A stretch of DNA of 64,000 nt, taken from contig JAKMXF010000022.1 of assembly GCA_024704765.1 (NCBI GenBank), positions 248,001 to 312,000 on the forward strand, given 5' to 3'. Origin of the DNA: Oopsacas minuta (taxonomy: Eukaryota; Animalia; Porifera). The notes below the pieces were generated by a model that was given only the letters and a program-made list of their open reading frames with translations, had not been told where the DNA came from and did not search any database. This document shows, in pieces, positions 34,901 to 48,251 of the stretch. Every line of letters begins with the position of its first letter. The stretch's first letter is position 1. The position numbers were made by a program, and so were the translations under genes.

Positions 34901-37900
34901 TTTAACCGTTAAAACCTATGAAGATATTGTTTGTAACAGTAAATTGATAGCTGATGCTCAGCTCAAAGCATTTGATGTATTCGTTACTTTCATTCATAAT
35001 CGCTCTCCTCTTAGTCTTGGTATAAGCGAGGAAATGAAAGGAACAATCTGGCTAATTATCCAGAATACACAAGTTTCCTATGATGTTGTTGTAGAGATTT
35101 TCTCAGAGGTACGTTCTTTTGATAATTACAATAAATATTTGCAACAGAAACAATCATTCTATTCCTAAGATTAGCCATGTCGCAAACATCATTCATAATA
35201 TTATAAATACAATGATCTGTAGAAATTATATATGTATTGTATAACACTATAATTGAATATATTTAGGTTACCCGTGCAATAAAGCCGATTATCAAAGAAG
35301 ATATGAAAGCATTTCAATCGAAGCTTGATATTGGTCTCGGAAATATCTACGGTATAGAGCGACTGGTACCTAATATGAGTAAAGATAAAGAATTTGAAGT
35401 AGTGCGGGATATATTAGTACAACAAATATCACACCTTTTTAACGAAACATCTGAATCAGGTCATATTCTCAAGAACTACGTACGAGCATCGACATTAGCA
35501 ACTTATTTTCATGACCTATGTACTAGGTAAGTATTGTCATTAACGTAAATGTGCTTAAGTAAATTAATGAACAATATTGCATAGGTGTATGCTTTACCTG
35601 TTTTATATTTAAATTACTTCCAATTTGTCTGAATTGTATAAATGATCGCACACTTACATCATAAATTCAATACACTATGACGTGTACCTCTGGTATCTAT
35701 CTAACAAGATGAGCAGAGATTTGTAATATACGATCTATTTTTCTAACAATCTTATTCAATATTGAAACTAGATCTTGTATTGTGAGCTGCTGCCAAGCTA
35801 ATCCATCGTTAATCACTCAATATACTTTGTACCCACACTATATATACAATATGTATTATCTTTTATATATCCACGTGTGTGTAGGTATTTCAAAAGATCT
35901 CCTAGCTCTTCTACCGAGGGAATCCCTGTTCTCTTTTCACTAAAATCGGCCAAACTTCCAAAAGGTAAGAAATACCTTTCCAAGTGTAAGCATCAGATGC
36001 ACTTTCATCAAACATTGCGATTCAACATACAAAATTGTTCTCATTGCAAAGACATTATTTGGAACGTTAGTAATCAATACGAAGCCTATCAGTGCTCTCT
36101 CTGCACTATAACAGTACATAAATTTCCCTGTTTTGATAATCTCCTTACTGATTGCACAATGGCTAACTCTAAACCAAAAAAACATTCCTTTCGCGCTAAT
36201 CATCAAATCTCTCACAGCCCAGAGATCTCCAAAACGGAAACTCCCCCTGACCTACCTCCTATACAAATCATTTCTCTGAATTCACCTCCTCCACTTATAA
36301 ACGAGTTTCTATACAAGGAAGATAATTCTGTTTTGAAACGATTGCAACACACAGAACCTATTAATCCACACCAATTGAATCCCTCTTCCAAAACTAACTC
36401 AAAATTCCTTTCACTAAAGTCTTCAAAATCGAGTGTTCTCAGATCATTCTCTGATCGCTCTAGTGACAGAAATACTTACGTATCTGCATTACGTCACAGA
36501 AATTCTCTCAAGTTTGAGACTAAGGAATCTTATGTACATTCTCCTTCCAACAAGAGTACAACAAGTAGCAATTCTATCTCAAACTTGTCTGAGTCAGACG
36601 GTTCTCTTGTTTCTAGCTCCACCAATCGTAGTCAAGACAGTCCTGCCTCTGTTCCTGCACCCTCAGATGACGGGAGTACCGATGCAGTACCAGCCTTTAA
36701 CGGCAGACACACAGAATGGTGGAGAAATGATGAACACATCACCTTCAATCAACCCCTCATCCCATGGTCTCAAACAGCTAATGATTCTCTTAAATTGGAC
36801 ATGAAGCCATATGAAATGAGAAGACAGGATATTATCTGGGAGCTAATCTACACAGAACGGACTCACGTACAAAAACTCAAAGTTATGTTATTCGTATTCA
36901 AACAACCGTTACTAATGCAGCCTCACATTGTATCCAAACTGAAGGTTGAGAATCAGTTATTCCCCAAATTGGAGGAGATCCTTGAGCTACACATAAGTCT
37001 ACTAACATCTCTGCTATCCAGACAACAGGCTTGCGCAGGACCTGATATATGTGTTGGTGATATTCTTATTGAATGGTTTAGTAACGAGAATGCTAATTCT
37101 ATCAAATATAACCACACAGAGTTCTCTGTTCATTCAGACGAAGCAACCGCGATTTTTAACACCTGGCGTAAAGGAAAGGATCTACTCAAACAAGATTTGA
37201 TTCTCAAAGCTGAACAAGATGAGTGTTGTAAGCGTTTAGGTATCAGTCAGCTGTTAGCCCTGGTTTGGCAGCGTATGACTAGATATCATATATTCATTGA
37301 GAATATTATCAGTACATATAAGGAAGAATGTGAAGAATTGAATAACCTCAGACAAGCTCTTATTCATTGTAATTTAACTGTTGGAGGTATTGATGATGCT
37401 ATTAACGAGAAATTGAATCGTGAAGTGTTGAATCGATACCAGGAGAAGTTAAATGATAATTCTCAATTAGATTCCTCAAAGATACCCAATGGCTTTTCCT
37501 TACAATATCTATCAGATTGTGAAACTAAATTATTGCACCATGGAGTTCTTACCTGGAAAGTCAGTAAGAACAAATCTATTGAAGTACACGCCCTCCTATT
37601 CCCTGATATATTTGTGCTACTAGAATATGATGAGAACAAAGACAAGTATTTCCTGAAACGTTATCAATCCCATACTGGTAAGAACCAGGAAGAAATATCT
37701 CCAGTAATACCTCTGTCTGATCTGATCTTCAGAAATCAAGCTCTCAACAAAGCTTCTTTCTTCGTATGCAATCTAGAATCAGGACAAAATCCCAAATTGT
37801 ACGATTTCTCAACCTCGTGTAAGTCTGACAGAGACAAGTGGGAAAGCGCTATCAACAAGGCTGTAGGCAAGTTTGCAAAGCGCAACCAAAAGCTTGAACG

Positions 37901-38981
37901 GAACGAGAAGGAGCGTGAGGAGCACTTCAAGCATTACAAAGAACGTACAAAGAAGGAATTAGCAAATCGTAGTTCATCCACACCACAACCGCCTTCTGTA
38001 ATTCCTAATGTCCGTCCTCATGTTATCTCCAGTATCAGTCAACCTCTACAAGAAATATCTAGTCAAGAAGAAGTAGAGATAATCTGTGAGATTTCTTCTC
38101 CAACATCTGAGAATTTCTTAGACAACATTCCTGAGAGTATAATACCTGCGTTAGACGAAGAAACTAAAAACTATTTGGCAGAAAAGCAGAGATTAGCAAG
38201 TGTATTTAGAGAAAGAATACCAGCTTACTGCGATCCATCCCCTGCCATTATCAACAACAATCATAACACACCTTCTCCTGTGTTAGAATCTAAACACGCT
38301 CATGATGATAAGAAAGTAGGTTGGTTACGAGGATTCGAGAGGATGAGATCTTTGTCTTCACAGGGTCATCGAGAAAGAGATGAAATGAGTAGACCGAGGA
38401 GTGTTTCAGATCGTGACTATTTAGTCAATTCTCTCCGTGATGATTCTAAAGGCACAACTGATATGTCCGTATCATTGCAAGTTGCGAAGAAATCTCCTCG
38501 TTCCTCTGCTCCTCTAATGACCAAACACCCTTTGTTCAAAACTGAGATGTGTCCTATCCCAACTTATGATGATTGTATGCTTCAAAATAAATTGAATATG
38601 TCCTCACATCTGAATAAATCTGAATCCTCTCTAATTGATAAGCCACGTGAGGAGAGGAGATCAATAACTAACATATTTAAGGGGCTTAAACCCAGAAAAA
38701 ACTCAAAACAATTCAAAGAATCAGATTTTGCATCTCTACCTCCAGCTCCTCGCTTTACTCGCATCTCTCTCACTCCCAATCTAGAGCGTAAACCTCTTCC
38801 ATTGGATTCAGAAGACATATCGATCTCTTCTGACTGCCCCTTACCCCAGAATGACTTCTCACCAAACCACTACCCTCTGAACCGGACCTCAGATGATATA
38901 TACAGGCGGATATCACCGGATAAATCAGTCAGCTTAGACAGTCTCGACAATCTACCTTCAACCTTTAAAGAACAGAATTGA
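31906..38981 (+). CDS. PDZ-RH(RGS-like)-C1-DH-PH RhoGEF (ARHGEF11/12 / RhoGEF2 family)
   Basis: Exons 31906-32100, 32163-32444, 33095-33342, 34610-35108, 35267-35526 and 35885-38981 give 1526 aa. Domains: PDZ (GFGFNL...GPAKKAGL), RH (PGPLLFYL...FDVFVTFI...PLSL), C1 (HF...CSHC...CSLC...HKFPC...C), DH (RRQDIIWELIYTERTH; WQRMTRYHIFIENI) and PH (LLHHGVLTWK...LLFPDIFVLL). Confidence 0.88.
32460..32581. mobile_element. CAGT-family MITE in RhoGEF intron 2
   Basis: AGTCAACTCC ... GGAGTTGACTG-TA termini. The left 60 nt match the inverted right end of the 19747 copy. Confidence 0.75.
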
Positions 38982-39905
38982 TTTTTCCATTTTAAGCAAA
39001 AGATTTTCGCCTGCCGTTTATTTTATTAATTTATTCGCGAAGTTGTTTTGGTGTTCTGAAGCAGCTTATCCCTGTAAGCATGGCTTACTTTCTAACCCAC
39101 TGTCTAATGATGTATATTAATCAATCACACAGTATTTTATTTATAATACAAAATAGTTATTAATAATAATTAATACACTAAAATCTGGAGAGAGCAATTT
39201 TAATTCAACTTGGATTTTTCATTTGAGCAGAATTATGTTTTATATATGAATCGGAAATTTTTACTTTTGAGCCGTCGTTTCACCGTATTATTAAATTCTA
39301 ATATACTAGAATATCTGATTGAACGACATCTAGATAAAATGAAATATTTTATTGATCGAATAGCTCACATAAATAAATTTGATTAATTTGAGCTAGTTAT
39401 GGACGGACAGGACCGTTATGTAATTTCCTAGTTTATTTTTCGAGCATCTTCATATTTGTCAAGTTTATTTGGACAGATACCTTGTCAATCAAATTGTATT
39501 TGAGAGCCTTATTGAATTAAAATCCACAATATTATTGAAATATCATTACAATTATGGTAAATAGCGTAGATATATATTAAACCCACGCTTGTGTTTGATC
39601 ACAATTATGTCATTAAAGTATTACCATCTCCTTATGATCCGTACAAACCACATATAAATCTACAGTCAATAACTCCTTTGTTGTGAGTGGGTGCATATAC
39701 CTTGATTACTAAGGATTACTTGTGTATTATTGGTATTGGTAAATTTTGCTCTAGCCTGTATTCAATACTATGCTGGGATACTTAATCATAATTATATCAT
39801 CTATCGACCGTACGTTAAAGTTCAGATACCATACGTTCTAAGATTTAGATAAACTAATGGTGGTACATTTTTGGGCAATTCGGTTTATAATTAATTTGTA
39901 TTAGA

Positions 39906-40559
39906 ATGGCCACGAGCTCAATTCGTATCAGTCCATACAGAAAGCCTTGTGTACCTGCGCTTACTGACACTCACAATGATTACGTTCCTCCATTGGATTA
40001 CTCATTCAAAGGTGTGAGCACTTTCCCCGAAGTTATGGAAGAAGAGCCAAGACCGAGAAATACGAGTATCCCCAAAAGTCCCTCTAAAACAATTGAAAGT
40101 AAAGATAAGTCAGCCATGAAATCTGACACAAGATCAATCCGTCTGAACAATAACTCTCTAGAGAACTGGAGCGGTATAACTGACACGGTTATCAGTCTCC
40201 TTACTAATCCTAATACATTAGGATGGTTAGATGTTTCATTCAATCACCTGACTACAATTGATAAAGCTATTCTAGATTATCCATCACTGACAGTGTTATA
40301 TCTACATGGTAATGATATAGCAGATATGAAACAAACTGACAATTTGTCAACTTTACAGAAATTGAGAACTCTCACTCTACATGGCAACCCGATAGAAAAC
40401 CAATTTGGTTATCGTCCTTATACACTAGGGAGATGTCCTAATCTCAAGAACTTTGATTTTAGCGGAGTAACCAAATCCGATTGGGCAACTTCCAAAACTT
40501 GGAACATTTTATACAAGGCAAAGGAAAAGAAGAAGAAACCGATTGAACTAGTTCCTTGA
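39906..40559 (+). CDS. LRRC51: Leucine-rich repeat protein 51
   Basis: Intronless, 217 aa. PPLDYSF, SIRLNNNSL, LGWLDVSFNHLT, LTVLYLHGNDI, LRTLTLHGNPIE and FDFSGVTKSD are present. Confidence 0.9.
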   Translation: MATSSIRISPYRKPCVPALTDTHNDYVPPLDYSFKGVSTFPEVMEEEPRPRNTSIPKSPSKTIESKDKSAMKSDTRSIRLNNNSLENWSGITDTVISLLTNPNTLGWLDVSFNHLTTIDKAILDYPSLTVLYLHGNDIADMKQTDNLSTLQKLRTLTLHGNPIENQFGYRPYTLGRCPNLKNFDFSGVTKSDWATSKTWNILYKAKEKKKKPIELVP

Positions 40560-40799
40560 TTCATTTCTTCATATTGTTACCATATCTGCTATATACAAAC
40601 ATGTACTCTATTATTCATATTGTTTACGTGGGTGACTTGAACTATTGCAAAGATTAGATAATCGACATTCTATTATATTGAAGTAATACAAAATAGTATA
40701 GGTTTCAATTGTGGTACCATTTCACAATCATAGTATTTAAGCAAATTAGCACATATCACAGCTATTATATATATTCATTCAACACATTTCTAAACTGAG

Positions 40800-43700
40800 A
40801 TGTCTCACAATACGACAGGCATCAGGATAAAATCCAGAACGAAACGTCGCTCTTTGAAAGCTAAAGATCCGGTAGAAGTATTCTGCCGTTTAAGACCTAG
40901 TGAAGATCCTATACCAGATATAGAGGATGAGGATTATACTCGCTGTATAGAAATAATTTCTGATACAGTTATTCAGCTAAACCCACCTAAATCCTCTTTA
41001 GCCTTCAAATCAGGTAACAAGACGACAACACAACACACATTCAAAAGTGTATTCCAAGACTCAGCTACTCAGAAGAAAGTATTTGATCATGTAGCTCGTC
41101 CTCTCGTCTACGATCTGCTAAATGTAAGTAACAAATTATATGAGGTAATTACAATAATAATATGATATTGATTCATAGGGCAAGAATGGATTGCTGTTCA
41201 CCTATGGGATTACTAACTCTGGTAAGACATACACTATGACAGGGTCTCATGAGAATAGCGGAATACTGCCACGATGTCTAGATGTAATATTCAATAGTGT
41301 GACTGAGCTGCTAGCTAAGCCGTTTGTGTTCAAGTCTGATAGGTTGAATGGGTTCAAAGTTCAATCAGACGAAGATGCGGGGAGGGAATACCGGTAGGTT
41401 GACCTGTTTAATAATACTTATGAAAGAGCTTAATCAACTTTTACGTAGTCTGTGTTTGTATTTCAGTATGAATAGAATGCCTACATGCCCACAGTTGTTT
41501 GGTATATGTGTATTTCGTATTTAATTTTTGATTTCTGACATAGTCGAATACAACGCAAAAGACACAAGCCTCATAGCTGCCTTATATTTGTTCTCTATCT
41601 GTACTAGTAAGTCCCACTATCCATTATCCTTATTCATAAATGATTTACTTTAGTGGTTTCAGACGGAAAAAGCTGAAAGGTAAATTGGATGAAGATTCCG
41701 ATGATGCTGGTCTGCAGCAGGATAGAGTAGCTGACGAGTCTCTTGTCTCAGGACTAGATGAGGACAATGCGTTCGCGGTTTTTGTCTCTTATTTTGAGAT
41801 CTATAATAACTACGTATATGACCTATTTGAGGATATTCAGGTGGAGGGCGGGAAGGTTAGAGCTCCTCAATCCAAGCAGCTGAGAGAAGATGCCAAACAT
41901 AATATGTATGTATCAGGAGGAGTAGAAGTAGAGGTGAGAAGCACCAAGGATACGTTCGCTCTTATCGAGAAGGGTCAGAAAAACCGCAGAATGGCTGAAA
42001 CACAGTTGAACCATAACAGCAGTCGTTCTCATGCTATATTTAACCTTAGAATCGTACAAGCTCCATTAGACCCAAGTGGAGAAGAAGTGAGTAATATTTG
42101 ATATTTAAATCTAAAATCAATTAATAATTTTTATTACATAATTCTACAGGTATTCCTAGATAACGATAAAGTAAATGTAAGTACGTTATCCCTGGTTGAT
42201 CTGGCTGGATCAGAGCGTACTAGTCGAACACACGCAGATGGTATTCAGTTAAGGGAAGCAGGGAATATCAACGCCTCTCTGATGGTTCTCAGGACCTGTA
42301 TGGAGACACTACGTGATAATCAAAGTAACGGGGCTACTAAAATTGTACCCTTTAGAGACTCTAAATTGACACATCTGTTTAAGAATTTCTTTGATGGAGA
42401 AGGAAAGGTATTTACTTAAATATACTGAATTACAGTGTAACACTGGATGCCATGGATGTCGGAAAATGCTTCTCCGTTTTGCATTATGCCAAATTTCCTT
42501 TTGGGGAGGATTATTTGTAAGGGACTATTAATTCGCCTTTATTTATTCGACTCCGTTTCCATAGGCTCCCGTTTGTGGAGGTTTCACTGTACTTATTCTA
42601 CTAATCTTATTGTAATAGGTACGTATGGTTGTGTGTGTTAATCCTCGAACTGAGGATTATGACGAGACTATTCACGTACTGAGATTTTCTGAGCTGACAC
42701 AGAATGTAGTAGTAGATCGTTGTGAGGGAGTAAAGGTAGATGGTCTTGGACTAGCTCCAGGTAGGAGACGAGCTAACATGCTCTATAAGGTTCAGCTGAA
42801 AGAATTGGAGGAGGTATTGAAGGGGTCTAATAAAGGAGCTCCTCAACCAGTACCTCGTCGTATCCCCGATACATTCGCAAGCGACACAGCAACTGACACA
42901 TGCGACCCGACCACTTCAGAGGCTTCTTCAGATGATGCGCCTTTCCGTGCCCCACCCCCCCGTATCCCACCTAGACCAATGCGATTTCTCGCTAATAGGG
43001 TATTACCCCCTCTAGACATTGAAAAGCTTCTAATGAAGGATATATCTATCTCGGTAAGTTTAATTATTTACAAGCAATAACATATAACTATTTATTATGT
43101 GATGGGATTTATCATTAGTGTAATTTTAATACAATCATCTTTACTGTATTTATCTTCTCTCAATGTTTCTATTTTTATGAACTTTGGAAATCCTATGGGC
43201 GTGTTCCTCATTTCTTTTGGTTTAGTGAAATTCTCGTTTGCTTGTGTGCTCGTTATCACAAACTCTTTTCTGAGATATTCATCTTCTTTTTCTTGATTTC
43301 TTAAAACATAAATGATTTCTCCTCGAAATGGCCATTCTAACTCGTCATCATGAATTCCTTTGACCAAAGCAACATAGAAAGCTAGATAGCCGTTCCTAAC
43401 ATTAGTGGCGATATTAACCTGGAACTTGTAATCTCTCAGATAGAAACATGGCCCCCAAAGGTCTTTCTGTTCATCCAACAGACTCTGTATCTCTTCAACA
43501 GTCCACTCTACTCCATTCACCAGATTGACTATACTAGGCTCTCCTGGGTGTATTTTTCTACGTCTGATATCAGTCTCTATCTCTGATAGAGTTCTTATAT
43601 TCATTTCTTCTAATCTTTTCTGTCCCTGCTCGACAGTACTCACTCTCTCAGCTACACGATGTCCCTGTCTACGTAATAACTCTCTCATTTGCCTATTTTC

Positions 43701-45417
43701 CCTTTGAACAGATCTGTAATCACTTTCTAGCTTCTGATACCTTAACATTGTTTGCTTGTTGTCTTCTTCCAATCTATTTATTTGTTGATCATGTTGTTTA
43801 ATAATGTTGTCAATATTCGTTAGCAGCTCAATTAATTTATTTATATTATCAGGATTAATAACCTTTTCAGCAGTTCCACTCCGGGAATAGCTCCTCTCTA
43901 AAAGAGGGCACCTTGCTGGAAGTTCAGAGGATCTCTCTTGACCTGAAAAGTTTTCAATTGAATTCTCTCTAGCTAGTTTCTCCTCTTTAATTGCTTCAAT
44001 TCCAGAAAATTCCTTGTTTAATTCTTTTTTCCTATCTTCTCTAATATGACTGGTATTATCCACTAATTCCATTTTTATTTTTGGGTTTTTTCTCTTTTTC
44101 CTTAATTTCCCTCCTTTTATACATTTGCCCGAGCCATGACCTTTGTAACAGTAGATGATGTAAGTATATTTCATAACAAAATTAGTACACATGTTTGTAC
44201 TTAGTACGTAGAATATATAGTAATTACTATACTTTACGTCAAATAATGAGATGTTTGACAATATACCTCGTATAGGAATATTCTAAAATGCTACAGGATC
44301 AAGTTCGTATTAAAAAGCGCATAAAACACGAATTAAAGCAAAAGCAAATGATCCTCAGGAAACGTTTGATGGATATGGGGGAAGAACTAGAGACGCTCAA
44401 CTCTCTTCTGTCCAAAGCAAAAGCACAAGTTTCAACGAAAGAACGAGAAGTAATTATTACAAGTGAAAAGATGAAAAGGATGGCTAAATCCAACGAACAG
44501 CTACAGAGAACTAATGAAATGCTACGTCTCAATTGTAAGGAATTGCAAGAAGAGACAAACGAGAAAGATTCAAAGTTTAATCAAGTAAATACAATTTTGT
44601 ATTTAATTTTCGCAATTTATACAGTCGAGTCTCTGAATAACGAAAACGTCAGGGACATCGCTTTTGTCAGTTTTAGGCAGTTGTCCGCTTCTCAGAGTGT
44701 CCGTTTTGGGAGACTCCACTGTACATATATTGTTTATAGGAGAGAGACAAGAGAGAGAAATTACGTACTTTTCTGATGAATAGAGTAACTGCAGAGAAAA
44801 TAGATTGGGAGAACAAACTCAGACTTAAAGTACAGAAAACAGAAGAAGAGTATATGGCTACAATTCGTGAACAAGCTAACATGATTCAAGATCAACAGGG
44901 TATGTTAGAACAACTGAAAGATATCGTATTAGATAAGGAGGAGAGAGGATTAGAACGTCGTTACAGGACGCCTACAGCTCATCGCAAGCGTCCCAGCACT
45001 GATAACAACAAATGGTTACAACACAATCCCTCTGACAGTATCAAAGTAGATACTCTCATGCAGCCAAGCTTTAAGAAGAAGAAGACAGTACAGAATCCCT
45101 CGTGCAGAACTCTATCCGGCAAAGACATAGACCGGTACGTATTGACTCACCAAGAAGAAGCTGCTGACGGTGATGTGATGACACACCTATATAAAGGTGA
45201 CGTCACCAGGACAAGGGGTGGAGGCGCAGCTGTAAAATTCACTGACGTTGAGTTGTTAGAAAATATTGATTCTCATGGGAAGAAATCGGAATTTAAGGTT
45301 CCAAAAACTCCTCAAACTCCTCATTCCAAATCTCGTGCAGGGGGGAAACGGTATTCAGTTGCAATAGAGGGTCATCCTAGTGGGGCACCTCCAGCCATTG
45401 TGAATAGAGTTGTATAA
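40800..45417 (+). CDS. KIF23: Kinesin-6 MKLP1
   Basis: Exons 40800-41123, 41179-41393, 41663-42086, 42150-42407, 42619-43053, 44276-44584 and 44740-45417 give 880 aa in frame. P-loop GITNSGKT, switch motifs NHNSSRSH and DLAGSER, and the C-terminal YVLTHQE...[19 protein letters not shown] tail domain. Confidence 0.92.
42433..42589. mobile_element. CAGT-TIR MITE in KIF23 intron 4
   Basis: TA-CAGTGTAAC ... GTTTCACTG-TA; short imperfect TIRs only. Confidence 0.55.
43095..44072 (-). CDS. Coiled-coil plus TRAF-type MATH domain protein, nested antisense in KIF23 intron 5 (ORF open to 44261; likely start Met at 44072)
   Basis: The C-terminal ~140 aa carry TRAF-C motifs: [52 protein letters not shown] and [10 protein letters not shown] long heptad region precedes them; no RING or zinc finger is seen. 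Confidence 0.82.
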   Translation of the reverse strand: MELVDNTSHIREDRKKELNKEFSGIEAIKEEKLARENSIENFSGQERSSELPARCPLLERSYSRSGTAEKVINPDNINKLIELLTNIDNIIKQHDQQINRLEEDNKQTMLRYQKLESDYRSVQRENRQMRELLRRQGHRVAERVSTVEQGQKRLEEMNIRTLSEIETDIRRRKIHPGEPSIVNLVNGVEWTVEEIQSLLDEQKDLWGPCFYLRDYKFQVNIATNVRNGYLAFYVALVKGIHDDELEWPFRGEIIYVLRNQEKEDEYLRKEFVITSTQANENFTKPKEMRNTPIGFPKFIKIETLREDKYSKDDCIKITLMINPIT

Positions 45418-46460
45418 TTATCCAATGTTACCTATTTTTGATATGTCAGTTAATGGGAGATTTAAAGAAGCAGATCTAATTGTAAGAGCTCTTTGATCTT
45501 CTCTCTGAAATGAAAATATCTACCTGACGAACTGATCAACATTGTAACACACAGCATTAGTACTACTTCTACTTATAATTCTACTTCAATCAATTCATAC
45601 ATTATATAGCGGAGATAATTCAACTCGACTTAGAGATTAATTATTAAATTCACATTACCATAATTGGGGAGTGTGGGGAAGCAAAATGAAATCGATAATA
45701 TTAAGCAAACAATCCCAGTGGATAATTCAATAATACGTGATGCTGTTCACGTGTTGTTTGTGGAGTGGAGTTTGCAGAACAGCAAATTCAATATTGCATA
45801 GATTTGCCTTGCAATTGCTAATTGGCGACCACGCTAAATGTCTTAGCTATACTAAACTCATGCCTCTGTTAACAGTAAATAGTGTGCTGTTAATTAATAG
45901 GAAACAGCAAAAGTGGTTGTTCACAACAGTATTTTACCATCCCTGTATACTACCTTATCAATCTTCACCTGAAATGACCTATGGCTAGGTTATGAGGGAC
46001 CTTTGAGTTTTGAATTGGCGAAGTTAAGATATTGAATTATTCTCTTACTTTCCTAATACGTTTGTTACATAATTAATTCAGACAGTCCATTGCACTGAAT
46101 ATAGTATTCTAATTTAGGAATCAACTTTAGTCACAACTTCTAAATTTCTTTTTAATTAAGTGTATTCTATTAATAGAATATAATTAATGCTATGAATTTG
46201 TATCTAAAATGGTTATTTCCAGAATTTTATTATCTCGTGTTGAAAAGTTCACGATCTAATGATGCATGCATTGATTCTAATCGGAGTCCTACTTCATAGA
46301 TACGTAGTTCATATTGAGATAATTTTATTGTTACGAATACTATGGGAATTCTTTTATTGGGATCACTGTACCGAATTGGTTTGTTATAAGCGACCCTAAT
46401 GGCCTGTCTGTATATTGGATTTGCAAATTTAGCAGACTAGTTTAACTCTTAAATTAGCAA

Positions 46461-46955
46461 ATGACTAAATACGCTAGAGAACCAGATAATCTATCAAAAT
46501 CCTGCAAGGCACGCGGATCCAGTCTAAGAGTTCATTACAAGAACACACGAGAAACTGCTATGGCTATCAAGAGGATGTCACTCAAAAAAGCGCAGAGTTA
46601 TTTGAATGACGTAATCGAAAGGAAACAGATTGTTCCTTTCCGTCGTTATAACGGAGGTGTAGGTCGTAAAGCTCAATGCAAAAATCACAAATGGGCACAG
46701 GGTCGATGGCCTAAGAAGAGCGCATTGATTCTCTTACAACTGTTGAAGAATGTTGAGAGCAATGCTGACTTGAAAGGGCTTGACACAGACAAGTGTATTG
46801 TCCAACATATCCAAGTGAATAGAGCTGCTCAGATGCGAAGACGTACGTATCGGGCTCACGGTCGTATCAACTCCTATTTGTGTAGTCCCTGTCATGTGGA
46901 GTTGTTCGTGACGGAAAAGGAAGAAGACGTCCCTAAGGTCAAGAAAGATAAATAA
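46461..46955 (+). CDS. RPL17: 60S ribosomal protein L17 (uL22)
   Basis: [29 protein letters not shown] and [12 protein letters not shown] are present; no coding intron. Confidence 0.97.
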   Translation: MTKYAREPDNLSKSCKARGSSLRVHYKNTRETAMAIKRMSLKKAQSYLNDVIERKQIVPFRRYNGGVGRKAQCKNHKWAQGRWPKKSALILLQLLKNVESNADLKGLDTDKCIVQHIQVNRAAQMRRRTYRAHGRINSYLCSPCHVELFVTEKEEDVPKVKKDK

Positions 46956-47122
46956 CTAATTTATAATATTAGGTGTATTCTAGTGTAGTGTCGTAGATTG
47001 ATGAGATTCTAGTGAATTATAGGCCAATACCATAATAGCTTTATTATACGTATTTACCTAAGAGATTATTATTCATAATTTACGTATTTATTCATAGCAA
47101 ATCATATCGAATCCATCGATTA

Positions 47123-47620
47123 ATGATGTCTTTATCTCACATATTCAAATCTCGAGTTATTCAACTTGCATTACTTCGTAACAAATCACTTTCTCGTTCA
47201 TTTGGTGGATCCATGGTTAAATTCCGATACACACTATTACCTCCAGTAATACAGAACTCTTCCTTATTTCATACTTTTAATACGCAATTTATTCGCTCAA
47301 TTCCTTTACTATCGAATAGACAGGTCCGTTTGTTTTCAGAGGATGGACTTCCTCCAACTTGGGAGGAAGTTAATAAGAAAATAATAGATGTGCTATCTGC
47401 TTTTGACAAGATAGCTCCAGAAAACGTATCTTTAGGTGCTCATTTCGTTAATGATCTTGGATTAGATAGTCTTGATATTGTTGAAATTGTAATGTCATTT
47501 GAAGATTTTTTCGACGTAGAAATTACAGATGACGAATTAGAAACTATTTTCTCTGGAAAAGATGCAGCAGATCTGATCGGTAGGAAACTAGAGATTCCAT
47601 TCCCTGAGGCAGCTTTATAG
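47123..47620 (+). CDS. NDUFAB1: Mitochondrial acyl carrier protein
   Basis: Basic, Ser-rich targeting peptide followed by VLSAFDKI...HFVNDLGLDSLDIVEIVMSFEDFFDVEI (phosphopantetheine Ser). Confidence 0.93.
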   Translation: MMSLSHIFKSRVIQLALLRNKSLSRSFGGSMVKFRYTLLPPVIQNSSLFHTFNTQFIRSIPLLSNRQVRLFSEDGLPPTWEEVNKKIIDVLSAFDKIAPENVSLGAHFVNDLGLDSLDIVEIVMSFEDFFDVEITDDELETIFSGKDAADLIGRKLEIPFPEAAL

Positions 47621-47753
47621 GTATCCACTTAATAGTTTACATTAGGTATTCTCTACGTTATTATATTATAATTCATTACTGCGTTATTTTGATCTATACT
47701 AATAATCTGATTTTACATTAAATTGTACGCAAGTAATAATTGGCTATTTTCCA

Positions 47754-47933
47754 CAGTCAATTCCCTAAACTTGAATAATACTCAAGGGACCGCGATAATT
47801 ACTTCGGTATAAGCAGAGTACGAAATAGCCGATGAATTTATGTTCCTTTGAAGGTTTGGGACCACATTTGTACTATTTCACACTTCAGTTTAAGTGGGTA
47901 TTCGATATATCCGTGTTTGACGGAAATTGGCTG
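47754..47933. mobile_element. CAGT-family MITE
   Basis: CAGTCAATTCC ... GGAAATTGGCTG-TA, with internal blocks shared with the 9188, 19747 and 24586 copies. Confidence 0.7.
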
Positions 47934-48251
47934 TATTCTCAGTCTCCTAATATATTTAAAGTGGCAATCTCTCTCTATTGTCTAGAGATACCTGAAATAT
48001 ATTAGTTTGTAGCTTCATCATTATATGCTTTTCAACTCTTAGTCTCCTCTTAACAGATGAATATCTCTATCCATCTGTAGGGAAGCCACTCACCTATAGA
48101 CACAATACATTAACTGTATGCAGTAGGCTGTTCTTATTGTCCATACTTCATATTTCTGTTTCTATAATTGTAGAGAATTAGTATCTCAAAATATTACTAA
48201 ATAGTTACTACTCACAAATTTGGTTATATTTGGTATAATTAAGCATTTTGC

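Noticed and set aside
44073-44261. N-terminal 63-codon extension of the TRAF-MATH ORF
   Set aside because: Non-ATG start and a Tyr/Ile/Asn-rich composition typical of AT-rich non-coding DNA; treated as probable 5' UTR, though an in-frame Met within it cannot be excluded.
31906-45417. RhoGEF near KIF23 as a cytokinesis module
   Set aside because: Centralspindlin works through ECT2, not RH-RhoGEFs, and LRRC51 lies between them.
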